Source: Schmidtea polychroa (taxonomy: Eukaryota). Taken from it: 64,000 bases of DNA. The notes under the pieces were generated by a model. It saw nothing but the letters and a program-made list of their open reading frames with translations, was not told the DNA's origin and ran no database searches. The stretch covers positions 87,398,397-87,462,396 of the forward strand of contig CM097887.1 in NCBI GenBank assembly GCA_044892525.1. The letters run 5' to 3'. Positions 27,276-39,539 of this stretch are shown piece after piece; positions within the stretch are counted from its first letter, which is position 1; each line of letters starts with the position of its first letter. The position numbers and the translations under genes are program-made.

Positions 27276-28348
27276 ATGACACAAAATAAAAAAATTTTTC
27301 AAAAATTATCCAATTCAAATTTTTTTATAAATGACAAGTGGGAAGTCATTCTACAAATTGGAAAAGGCTCGTTTGGGGAAGTTTATTCGGGTCGATCCTT
27401 AGAGAGCGGTTCAAATGTTGCCATTAAACTAGAATTTGTAGCATCTCGAAAAAGTTTATTCGAAAGAGAAATTATGGTATATGAAAAATTAAAAGTAAAA
27501 TAATTAAAATGCTTTTCTTAGATTTATAACTTGTATCTAGGACGGTATTGGAATTCCTGAAATTTTTTGGCAGGGTCAAGATTCTAAAATCAAAGACATA
27601 AATATAATTGTTATGCAATTACTGGGACCAAGCTTGCGTGATTTATTGTACCTGTGTCGTGGAAAGTTCAGTTTGAAAACTGTTTCAATCTTGGCAGATC
27701 AAATGATTTCAAGGTTGGAGTTTATCCACGAGCGAAACGTTATTCATCAAGATATTAAGCCAGATAATTTTGTCATGGGATCCGGCTCACATTCAGACAC
27801 GGTTTTCCTCATAGATTTCGGACTTTCAAACTTTTACAGGTATCTTGTGAATTGGAAAATTCTTGTTTAAATTTTTGATTTTTCATCAGAGATTTTCACA
27901 ACAATGAGCACATTGAAAAAGAAAGAAATCTTAGTTTAGTTGGATCATTGAAATATTCCAGTTTTAATTGCCAAAGCGGTATCCGATTATCGCGAAGGGA
28001 CGATTTAGAATCACTTGGTTACACACTAATCTCTTTTTTGAGAGGAAACCTTCCATGGTCAGGATTAGAAGTAATAATAACAGTCATTAATAAATAAGGT
28101 TTTATAGATAATTACAGGCTAAAACTCCGGAAATCAAAGCCGAAAAGATCAGAGAAATGAAGACCAAGGTTGATAGACTATGTAAAAATTTACCATCTGA
28201 AATCAAGACATATATGGAATATTGTCAAGGGTTAAAATTTAAAGATTCCCCAGATTATGAATTTTGTAGAAACCTTTTCCGTAAAATTTACATTAATTCA
28301 AAAAGTACTAAATACAAATTCGACTGGAATCGTCCTACAAAAAGATGA
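27276..28348 (+). CDS. CK1: Casein kinase I family kinase, paralogue B (4 exons, 309 aa)
   Basis: Exons 27276-27494, 27541-27839, 27890-28070, 28118-28348; GT-AG introns of 46, 50 and 47 nt; the spliced frame is open (930 nt). Motifs [54 protein letters not shown]. Confidence 0.95.
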
Positions 28349-29721
28349 ATAAGCAAGCAGCTTTAATATTTTCTTTAAATAAATTTTTAAAAAAATCTTT
28401 TTATAAAATTTTTTATTAGGTAACCTTAACTCAATTTCCTAGCAATTATTCAACAGCGAAATCTAAAATTTATTTGACAAAATAATTTTTTAATTTACAG
28501 TTTTTTAATTTTAGTCAATGAACACTAGATTTACGAAATCCTTCAATTTGACAGATTTCAAAATATTTTTTAAATGAAATAAATTAGTTATTTTTTCATA
28601 TTTAATAATTTTTATAATCATGACTTTAAAGTATAAACAATTAATTTACATAAAATAACATTTATTGACTATATAATAATGCAAATGAGACTGCCTAATA
28701 GCATGCTTTATTATAGCAAGATTTGCTTTACTGTTAGAACTACTCAATCACAGATATGAAATTGACTCGCTTATTAGTAAGATTAAGTACATGTAAGACG
28801 TGTAAGTATGCAAAACATACAGACAATGCATGCCATGCTGTTTCATGGCTTACAGATAGACTTACAGACGTTATGAATCTGCAATGATTTTGATTACAGC
28901 ATGGCTACTAAACGTCCACGAAATGACCTTCAACTACTGGTGAATTATGACACGATGAAGCTGATGGAGGCAGAAACAAATGGCAAGCAAAATTGGAGTG
29001 ATTACAAACTTAAAATTAAAAATGAGTTTAATAGCAAAATGTTTTCTGACATTTCCAACGTGCTAGTATGGACATTCTACTGTAAATAAATTATTAAATG
29101 TTAAATTAAAATAAGTCATTTAATGAAAAATTTTCACCATTATATTACAACGTGGCACTAATAGATAAAAACCTTTCTAATATTATATTTGCATTCGTAT
29201 AAAGTAAATATATTTAATAATATATAAATATAAAGATAAGCCTTTGCTGTAAGTTTTATTAATTGAGTATTGATGCTTACAAAATAATCTTTTTCAAAAA
29301 GAAAAGAATTAAGTCGTAATCAAGAATGCAGACTAAATATAATTTGGACATAAAATAAGAAATTTTCCAATATGCATAAAATTTGTGATAACTTTGGACC
29401 AACCAATATCATCTACAAAAAAGAACTCAAACTTTTCCCTAATGTTTTTTCCTTTTCTTTGTCAGTCTTCGAAACTATAATTGGATCGAAGTCAGTGGTG
29501 CAATGATTCTCAACATCCAGCATCATACAGTTCAAATATTTAACTATTTTATCATTACCGTCATAAACCAATCTGTTAATAATAATGATTATATAATCTT
29601 TGATAGTAAAAATGAATAAAATAAATTGAAGCAAAAATAAAGATTTGTACATGTGTGATTGTATACATAAAATGCTTTATTCTAATTTAATGATTCCAAA
29701 TGAATACAATTTAAATCATAC

Positions 29722-30330
29722 CAAGCCCGGACTGGAACCAAAAATCGGTCCGGGCATTTTAGATACATCGGACACTTATTTCCAGCAAAAACACTACTTT
29801 AATATTTTGTATTGGATCACGTTCTAAGAAGCTCACTACTTTCGATTACATCGTCGCTATCTAAATCCATTAAAAGGTGCCATGAAGAAATTCAAATTAT
29901 CAGAAGATAAGGTGCTCCTCATGCGATGTTTAATTTTTTTTAATGTAGAAAAATATCTTTCACAAGCAGGCTCAATGGCAATTTCAGCAAAAATTTTAAT
30001 GCTAGTCCAATAAAATATTAGACATAGGTCAATAAATTGAATCTATGCAATATTTTGTAACAACAAATAGCACAACTTTTGCATGCACAGCGTGTTTCAC
30101 AATTTAGACATTCTTCTTTCTCCAAAGTCAATTCGTCATTATCCTCATTTGAATTATTCTCTTTAATTATTTTGTAATCTATTAATTCAGAATTTTTCAA
30201 TTTTTCCAAATGCAAAGTAAAATTTCTTAGTTATGTCCGCAAATTTTCACTCGTAGCTGTTTCATCAAATTTTAGCATGAGTTTGCTTAACTTCTCTAGT
30301 TCATCAGATTGAAGTTTATTATAATGTATC
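29722..30330 (-). mobile_element. hAT transposase C-terminal fragment with terminal repeat
   Basis: Minus strand EPACERYFSTLKKIKHRMRSTL (~29910-29975); terminus CAAGCCCGGACTGGAACCAAAAATCGGTCCGGGCATTTT at 29722. Confidence 0.75.
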
Positions 30331-30652
30331 TGAGGGAAACGTTTCTGTTATTTGTGAAACATACACATACTGTTTATATTTATCCTGATAAGATAAACAA
30401 AGTAGTAATACTGAACGTGCTCTGTCGGCGCTAGTAATTAGCTGTGTGGCCGTGTGTCTCAACTTGCTTTTTCTCTGTAGTGAACATAGACAGGGCGCAT
30501 ATCAGTATCAGTGTGTGTTAGAGAGTTAGATAGTACAGTGACAATCAGTGATAGCAAACAGAAGTAAGTATGTTAGTTATTGCTTTAAATATTCCGTAAT
30601 AATATCTTAAGTAGGCAAATTCAAAAATAATATTTAACCCTATTATTTTAGA

Positions 30653-31891
30653 ATGAATAATCCAAGTACAAGCCGATAAAAAACGTATCATTATCACAAT
30701 AGATGGGAAGAAGATTATTTCTTTACTATGATGAAAGATAAATGTATCTGTTTTATTTGCAATGCAACAGTAGCTTTGTCTAAGAAAGAAAACGTTAAAA
30801 TACATTATCTAACAAATCATAAAAATTATCCACGTGTCACTGTGTTAAGAAAAACAAAAGTGCAACAACTGAAGGCACAAATAACTGCACAACAAAATAG
30901 TTTTTTAAAATACAATACAAATTCGAAGACAGCTACGATTGCTTCATTCAAAGTTGCTGAAACTTTGATTAAACACAACAAATCGTTTCAAGATGGGGAA
31001 ATATGGAAAGAGGCATTCATTAAAGCTGGAGAAGAATTGTTTCAGAATTTTAAAAATAAATCTGAAATAATGACATCAATCAAAAATATGTCGTTATCGC
31101 GAAATACAGTTATGCATAGAACAGAAGGAATGAGCCGAAATCTTGAAGACATTTTACATGAAAACATTTATAAATGCGTTGTATTATCACTGCAGTTTGA
31201 CGAATCTACGGACTATATCGGTACTGAACAATTATGTGTTTTTATTCGAATGGTTTTCGATGATCTGTTGGTTACAGAAGAATTATTAACTATTATTCCA
31301 ATGCATGATCGCACAAGAGGTCAAGATATCTTTGATTTATTTAAAAATTATATTGCACGAACTAATTTTCCAATCTGCAAGTTGGTATCAATAACCACTG
31401 ACGGGGCTCCAGCAATGATTGGCAACAAAAGTGTCTTCGTTGCTTTGTGTAAAGGTGATGATGACATTCCAAATTTTATTGACTATCATTGTATCATACA
31501 TACTCAAATATTATGTTCAAAAGTGTTAAAATTCAATCATCTTATGGGTGTTGCATTTAAAATTGTAAATCCCATAAGATCTAAAAGTTTGTCACGTCAG
31601 TTTCGCGCTTTGCTGAATGAATGCGGTGAAGAACACAATGAACTGTTACTTCATACTGATGTAAGATGGTTAAGTCGTGCTACATTTTTAGCAAGATTTA
31701 GAGAACTTCTACCACAAATAACCTCATATTTACAATCTAAAGGTGATTCATATCCAAAATTAAATGATCAAGAATGGCTTCTCGATCTTGCTTTTTTCTG
31801 TGTTGTTACTGAAAAATTAAACCAATTAAATCAGCAACTACAAGGTAAAGGTAAAACAATAATACATATGATTAGCATTTTGATATCATGA
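30653..31891 (+). mobile_element. Buster/Charlie-type (GTF2IRD2-like) hAT transposase, 3'-truncated
   Basis: RWEEDYFF, BED-like CFIC...HY...H, FDESTD, TTDGAPAM, HCIIH, VRWLS. One stop in codon 9; the C-terminal third, including the catalytic Glu, is missing. Confidence 0.92.
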
Positions 31892-32632
31892 TATCAGGTA
31901 TAAAATTCATCATTAATAAAGCCGAATCTCCCACAGTCATACAACAATCGTGCGGATTCATAGAATTTTCGCTGGTGTTGGTTCTCGTTAATGTCAATCC
32001 TTTCTCGAGTTATGTGCCGGATACCTGGTTGGTAGATCGTGTCGGACTCAAATATTATGCAGCGGTTTCATGTCCTATGTAGAAGGACCATTGTTCTTGT
32101 TGAAAAATCACTCTAGTTCTACTTGAGGTCGTGATATTGATACACATTATACAATTCAGTTATTTCAGGTTGACAAAGACCTCCATACCATAGCCAGCGA
32201 GACCCACTCTTATTTGACATGTATCCAAAATATTGTTATAATTGTTTTAATTAGTATAAATAATTATTAAAATTTATAATTAATCTGGCTAAAATTTATT
32301 ATGAATACTTGAAAATTATTAACATGAAAATAATAATTATTATTTTAAGCTCAACTTGATCAGCTTCCACTTTCTTGATTTGCTAAGTGAAAAAATACAC
32401 AAAACAGCTTAGAGAAAAAAAAGAGAAAATATCCTACGAAAATAATCTCAAGACTCGTCTAGATACGTTTCCACTTATTCAGAAAACTATTATTATATGT
32501 TAATAAAAATCTAATTAAAAAATCTGTTTTATTACTTTTCATTTCCTCTGATAAATGGTAAAGATAATTTATATTTATTGGGTCGACATTTGCTCGTTTT
32601 GTCATTATTTTCTCCTCGTTTACGATTTGGAA

Positions 32633-32935
32633 ATGTTTATTCCTTTTAGAATAATTTTATTTTCTATACTTACTGTCACATTTTCGACTGCATTGTCGAC
32701 ACGTAGAATCGCAAAGGATCCGTATTTCATTGGTCAAGATCAACCGTTTTTGTTCAATGTCCGAAAGAAAGCAATGAGATTTTCATACGATAAACTTTTG
32801 TCGATGGTTCTTAAATGTACCCACCCTTGTTTGAATGGCGGCATCCAGGTAGTGCCGTCCAGACCTTGGAGTATGTGCTCATGCATATGCAGGAAAAATT
32901 ACACTGGCAGAATATGTGAGTTTAAAATACATTAA
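32633..32935 (+). CDS. Small secreted protein (100 aa) with signal peptide and atypical EGF-like domain
   Basis: MFIPFRIILFSILTVTFSTALS looks like a signal peptide. Basic sites RR and RKK follow. C-terminal CTHPCLNGG...CSCICRKNYTGRICE. AATAAA at ~32971 downstream of the stop. Confidence 0.75.
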   Translation: MFIPFRIILFSILTVTFSTALSTRRIAKDPYFIGQDQPFLFNVRKKAMRFSYDKLLSMVLKCTHPCLNGGIQVVPSRPWSMCSCICRKNYTGRICEFKIH

Positions 32936-33699
32936 AATGAAAGTATCATATTTGTCATTTTTGAATTCTCAATAAATATTTTGCAGTTATTTTATTTTGA
33001 ATTTTACACCATTTTCCATTTATTTATTCAACATTCAACATAAAGACTATTAATTTCGTCATATGCATTCTGCTGTATCAGTGTTTTTCTAGGTTAATCA
33101 CATAAGTATTGACGTATTAAAGTTGATGTTTATATGGAAGGTATTAGAAATATAGACATTAATGTAACTGGTAAATATATTAACCAATTTCAGCCTATAC
33201 CCTATAAAGGGTTAAGGACTAATACGGCGGAGAACACAGTTTGTATTTGCTTGGTCACAAGTTAATGTCGATTCTTATTCATTTTGTAAACTTGTTTCCT
33301 TGAGCTCATGTCATAATAATTTACTGGCTAATTTTTAATTTAATTAAGATAGTTACAAGAGGAAAGAGATTTTTCGAAGTTATAATTATGATAAAAAATA
33401 AAACAATTTCATTTTTCTGACGTTTAAGCATCTGCGTCCGATCTCATGTATTTATAAGGTTTATAATAATTTTTAAAATATAAATGGGGGTGTTGCCAAA
33501 CATCCCGATAAATTTAAACAGTTCAAAAAATGTTTTATTAAATATTAATTTATTTAAATATTACTCATATTTTTTAAAAATAAACTAAATCAAATAGGAA
33601 CATAAAAATTTACATTCATTCCTGTCTCTTTATAAGAATTCAGTTAAGCTAACATAGATCAATTTTATTATGGAGTTTTATATTAACCCGTTGGATATC

Positions 33700-34800
33700 T
33701 CTTACAGATGTACTCAAATTGAAAACGCGAACATGCAAAACACAAGTAGATTACTATGTCCACACACTGCTAAAGTGACTGTTAGTCAGTTGAGTCAGGA
33801 AAAAGTTGGCCACCCCGAGATTCAGGCTTCCTTGTTGGCACGTCGGCGGAGGCGTTCGAGCTTACCCGGCTTATTACTCTTCTTAATTCTACTTAGGGTG
33901 ATAGCCGTATGAGGGTTCGAGATAGACTGAAGATTTAGATTTTGCGGTCGAGTTGCCGGCTCTGTTAATACTAGTTCCAATAGATGCTTGTCAATACAGT
34001 CCTGATTTCCTCAACCCTCCAGCTGTTTGCTTAGCACTTCCAGGGATCGTATTTACAGCCAGTCTTGTGTTGCTTGTAACTGCAACGTCTCGAGTTGATG
34101 GAGACGTTTTGGCATTGCTTCGGGACTGAACCACATATTTCCCTAGCTCGATCTTCTCTTCGATGCACCTCAAATTTGCTATGGCTTGATTGATATCGTG
34201 GACCGCCTGCACCCTGACCAGTCAGGCCGGATTTAAGGTCAGCTCTCTCTTCAACACGACCATTGAGCACTGTTCGGACCTCTGCGACTCCGAGCTTAAC
34301 GTCCCACGATCACGACTTACGCTTTCATCCGGTAGTCCGGATTCCAGACCGTAATTTTTATCTATAACTAGTCCCGTTGAGGGACCACTGTTAGATCCGG
34401 ACTTGTCCGTTCCGAGGACTTCGTCCGGTCTCATTGTTCTAGTTGAGGAGATCAGTACCGGCTGGATGGCGACGTTCCTGCTCCTATATATGTCACCACC
34501 AGGAATGACAGAATTGGATTTGACATTTGTTGGAATATATATCCAACAAACTGAACAATGTTCCATCGGGTATTTATATAAGAACGTGTGTGTGCCCACT
34601 GCGAGCGAATTGGTTATCTCTCGTGCCCACACATCAGTGCTATTCCTTATCCAATTGTGTGCCGTTGTGTGAACATGACTCTTCAATGGACTTTTTACTA
34701 ACTAGGGTGTATGATCGATAGTTGAACTTGTTAATTTCCACGTCATTCTAGCTGGGGCCGTGGCACTCAATCACCTCCAGTTTCATAGGCAAAAAATATT
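33700..34800 (-). mobile_element. Unidentified GC-elevated repeat, probably retroelement-derived (partial second copy ~31930-32200)
   Basis: GC is visibly above background. Overlapping minus-strand ORFs (34222-34686, 34031-34270). Short shared blocks with 32040-32150 (CTCAACTAGAAC vs CTCAAGTAGAAC; AACAGTGGTCCCTC vs AACAATGGTCCTTC). Confidence 0.35.
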
Positions 34801-35959
34801 CATGTCGTGATGCATTTAAAATTTGAGAAGGGATTCTCCCTTATTGCATTCGTTTATTCCCTAATAACTAAAGTTAAAATTAACTTTCAAAAAGTTTAGT
34901 TTGGAAATTACAAAAGTATTTAATACTAAATTTACGGACTGAGTCAATTTGATTCATTTAAAATTCTATTGCTACATATAATACTAATTTATTATTTCTT
35001 GAATACATGTTGGTTTTTATATACGTCATGAAATATAGGTAAAGATTAATTACTCTCTACTGACTCCCTCATTTCGCAAATCGAATTAGGTATATGAAAT
35101 AGTATATCAACACCCATAAATCTAGTGTTAAACATGGAAATAATTTGATGGTAATCGAACATTTTCATTTTTAGTGTTAATAATNNNNNNNNNNNNNNNN
35201 NNNNNNNNNNNNNNNNNNNNNNNNNNNNNNNNNNNNNNNNNNNNNNNNNNNNNNNNNNNNNNNNNNNNNNNNNNNNNNNNNNNNNNNNNNNNNNNNNNNN
35301 NNNNNNNNNNNNNNNNNNNNNNNNNNNNNNNNNNNNNNNNNNATCAAAAAGCCCTTTGAAAAACCTGTAAATTGAGTCCTTGCTTAATAAATTACATAAT
35401 CCGGAACTCTCAAACAATTAATTTTAAAAATATGACCTTGAAAAATTCTTGATCCAGCGGAGTCCCAATTTTAAACTTCCTAAAACATGAACTTTAAAAT
35501 AATAATTTTACCTTGAATGAGTCATGGTCTTTGTTTAAATGACTCAATGGGTCTTTGTTTAAAATGTACTTCAAAAAGTGTAAACAGTTTTTTTCTTACC
35601 GTGATAGGGATATTTGTTCCAGTGGAGTCCTGATCTAGCGGTGCCCAATCCATCTACTAACATATGATAAAATACACTGAAGAAATAAGATTTTTAGTTG
35701 GTTAATTTGTTATTGTATACATGGTTTAATGTATAGAATATTATGTGGTTTGTACAGATCCTTCAAAGTTAATTTGTCTTTTTAGATGCTGTCAAGAATA
35801 TAAGAGTAAATAAATAGTACACATTCTACTTGTTGAATTAAAAAAGGTGTCATGAGGGAGCTACCCTCACAGAAAGCTGATAATCGGAAAATTAATACAA
35901 TAATAAAATCCACATCGAATAAAATTTTATTCACATTAAAATTCTGTTGTAAGTTGATT

Positions 35960-38400
35960 GTTGTCAGAGAAAAGTGAGATAATGTCCTTTATGAGGGTCA
36001 TTGGGTAGGGGTCGTGGATGGTAACACTGTTGAGTGGACGAAAGTCGATGCAAGGACGGAATGAACCGTCTTTTTTTGTTAAGACATGGATAGGTGACGT
36101 CCACGGAGATGACGAGGGGCGTATGATGCCCTCTTTGGTAAGTTCTACTAACTCGAGTTCTACTGCGTCTCGTTTGTTAAATGGAAGTGGACGAGGACGA
36201 AAATAAGATCAAAGTTCTTTTATTCATTACAAAAGGCCAGTTAAAACATAAGGGGAGAAATTCTCAACCCTTCATTCTCTAAAGCTTTTTCTTTCAGTCT
36301 TCTGGTTGGAGGCCTTGTAGCACTCGTAACAAACATTTTTTCTCGCTTGGTCAGAGTCTCTGTTATAATGAACCAATTCATTCTGATCTTTGTTGCTTGT
36401 CTGATCTGTATTAATATACCCATAGCCAGCTATATTTGGTATAGAGCAATGGGCATTTGATTTGATTGATTGGGAGTATTTGAACAAATAATGAGGTGGT
36501 GCTGTGCATAAGGTTTAAATGTCTTGCTATGAGATGGTGTAGGGCTTCTACGTTGAAGTTTGAATTATGTTTTAAATTGAGTTATCTTGGTATGAGATAT
36601 AGGTAAATTGATAGAGGAGTAATATGAGGGGTAATATAATATGGTGAATAATATGAGGAATATTGAAGGAGTAATAGCAGTTGGGTGAAGAAGTAATGAG
36701 GGATGTGAGGGGATATGAGGGAGTAATATTAGGTAGTATGATGGGTAATATGAGGGAATAAAAGGAGTAATCTGGGTATATAAGAAATGGTATAGGTTGT
36801 TAGATATTATAGCGAGATATTATTAGAACAAAAAATTAAAACACTATTTATGCAAATAAAAAATGAATACAACACCATCTGCACTTGATTCAGAATGCAC
36901 CATTAGACTAAGAGTGACCACCAAAAGAACAGAACAATAACACCAACAAAAGCATATATGTTGATAAGTATCTTCACTTGAATAAGTGATTGTAAGCAGT
37001 TTCAATTTTTAGAGTTGTTATGTCGCAGATATAGTGTAAATAGTATAGTGTAAATAGTTGAAATATACGGGCGTAATATCTTCACCCGATTCATATTGTT
37101 TGATGTCGTTGGCTAAGGTATGCAAATTGAAAATTGGAGCTGTAGGAGTGTCAGTATTTGGATAATGTGACCAAATGCAATAACATGGTTTGAATTCCAG
37201 GATCAAAGACTTTTGTTGGGAAGTATTGGGTTTTTGTGTTTCTTTTTGGGTCCAAACTCAATATTTTTTGATGGTGCATGGATTCAGGATTCTTTGGTCT
37301 GTTCATCTTGATCTCCTTATATGTTCTCTTCGGATTATCTGTTTTTAATTTGGTTTTAACTCGATTAGGTAGAGTTCTCTTTGGTTTCAGCCTCCTCTTA
37401 TTGAGTTTCATAGGTTCATGTTTCAATTATTTTCGGTTTCACATTTCCTTCGATTGTGGAACTATTATTTGTAGATGGCACCATTTCATCATCAGGGTAG
37501 TGTAGCGATCTATAGCAACATACATTAAGATTATTATAGATAGATGATAAATATGCTATATCATTCAAACAGGTTTCCGGGGTAGGATTGATTAGCTCTG
37601 AAGTATCGGTACTGTCTAAAGGCTCCAGTGGTGAGGGTATATGGTCTTTATCTTCCTTCAGCCAGTCGAGGCCATTTGCTAAATCATCCGGATAATTTAC
37701 AGTATAGGATCTTCCTTCCCAGTCCATAGTGAAGTCATTGTTGAAGGACTCAAAGTTATCTGAAAACTTACCCAGGATTTTGTAGAAATTAGTCATATTT
37801 GGGTCTATATCTGTGTCTCTTTGGTTGAAAATAATGGTGATGTGAGAGGTCTTTTGAAGTCTCTGGAGAAGTATTTTCAACCGTGGCAAGGTCCCACAGT
37901 GGATATAATCTGGATTTAAACTAATACTGTCTTCGATCTTCTTAACTTTTGAAATGACCCGGTCTGTAAAGGAAGACTTGAAGGGCTTTTGGATCTGGGG
38001 AAGTAGTTTCTGGTATGCATTGTAATATTTGTCCAAATGATCCGAGTCATCGAGGAAACGGAATGTAGCTTCTTTAACACATCATAGAACTGGTTTTAAT
38101 AAATTTTATTTAATAAAACCCTGCTCCAAAGAGACAGGTTGGTCCTTTTAACGGGATGAGCTTCAGCGAAATGCCGGAAACTGCTACATCATCATTTGTA
38201 AGGGGTTCTCTCTAGTACTTTATGTTTTAAGTTTCAGGGCTGCTTCTGAAATAAATGTTGTTTCTTGTATTATCTTTTAATATAGTTCGTTTGAGAATGA
38301 ATGTGATCTTTAGGGATTTAAGAATCTGATCTTTCAATATTATTCGTTTAGAAATGAATGAATATGATCTTTAGGGATTCAATAGTGTCGTATCTGGAAT
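35960..38400 (-). mobile_element. Ty3/gypsy remnant: gag-like ORFs followed by the RT N-terminus
   Basis: EGIIRPSSSPWTSPIHVLTKKDGSFRPCIDFRPLNSVTIHDPYPM at ~36000-36140 is a clear gypsy RT motif. Upstream ORFs 37416-38036 and 37018-37426 are assigned to gag by position only. Confidence 0.85.
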
Positions 38401-38519
38401 CGGTGAGGCAATTGTCGTAGTATTATCTGAGCTATCTTTTTTGGGTATCTGATTTTTGCATTTTATTCATTTGGTACATTCATTTGGTATTGGTGAAGAA
38501 ATTATCATTTATTACATGT

Positions 38520-38780
38520 ATATATTTTTTGAAGGCAAATGAAGACAAGTGAAGACAAGTGAAGACAAAAATGAAAACAGAATAAAACAATAAAATAGCC
38601 ATCACGATGCAAAAGAAATAAAAATAGTCATCACAAGGCACAGTAAAAAGCCACTACAAGGCGTAAACAAATAAAATAAAAAGCCATCCCAAGGTAAAAT
38701 AAAAAGACATCACAATGCAAAATAAAAAAGCCATCATAATGCAATAATAGAAAGCCATTACAAGGCACAATAAGGATCAA
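38520..38780. repeat. Degenerate tandem repeats (GAAGACAAGT x3; ~24-nt AAAAGCCATCACAAGGCA units)
   Basis: Seen directly; lies immediately 3' of the RLE retrotransposon fragment. Confidence 0.7.
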
Positions 38781-38914
38781 CTAGTAGGTCTCAGTAGAAA
38801 TTAAATATGAATATAATATAATAAATAGGTGGGTAAATATAAGGTTGAATTAATTAAAATTATTATTAGTTTAGTTAATTATTAATTGGTTTGTATTGTG
38901 TAAATGTGTATATT

Positions 38915-39500
38915 GTGTATATATCCATATAGATTTTGTAACTAGCTATGACTGCTGTTTTCATGCATTTTTTTGCTAATATGTCAATTTATTTATCATT
39001 AAGGCCTATTTCTATTAGATGTTTGTTATTTTCAGTATCCCAAGTGCCTTTTGGTTTTGTTAATTTTACCAGTTTCAAGGTCAAGGCTCATATATTTATC
39101 GCGGTTATTATTGCCTGCTAATTCAAAGTTATCTACCTGATCATAAGGGACTTTAATATCTAGTAAATGTATTTTATTATTAAGTTTTGATTTAATAATT
39201 AGGACAGGTCGAAGTGTTTTAGTTACTCCAGGTAGCTCTCTTTCTATATCAACCAGAAATTGTTTGGATATTAAATAGTCATGTGTTATTTCTAATACAT
39301 GATTGTGTTTTTTTCTCCTTGCATTTTGGGTGTGCGTGCAGTGATTAAAGATATGTGCCTGTGTTTCCCGGTCTATTTTACATAATCTACACAATATATT
39401 TTGTTTTTCTTTATGCCTATTTATACTATAATTAAGACTGAGACTGTTATTTCGAGCTTTAATCAGAAAAAAATATTGATTGTCAGTCAGCATATGCTTT
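38915..39500 (-). mobile_element. Non-LTR retrotransposon C-terminus with CCHC knuckle and restriction-like endonuclease (R2/R4/NeSL/Utopia-like)
   Basis: CRLCKIDRETQAHIFNHC, RKKHNHV, LRPVLIIK (PD changed to PV), LLDIKVPYD, NRDKY. Continues after a frameshift as GTWDTENNKHLIEIGL...AVIASYKIY. Confidence 0.85.
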
Positions 39501-39539
39501 TTGATAAGGTATGCCGATATTATGGCCTTAATTTTCTTT

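Noticed and set aside
28901-29089. 62-aa ORF MATKRPRNDLQLL... as a host gene
   Set aside because: No splice partners or recognisable domain; it vaguely resembles transposon-associated sequence and is too weak to annotate.
32555-32632. 26-aa N-terminal extension of the EGF-like ORF
   Set aside because: The signal-peptide-like segment begins at the ATG at 32633, so the upstream in-frame ATG is probably not used; unresolved without 5' data.
38520-38780. CRISPR-like repeat-spacer array
   Set aside because: Units are degenerate and adjacent with no unique spacers, there are no cas genes, and the context is eukaryotic.
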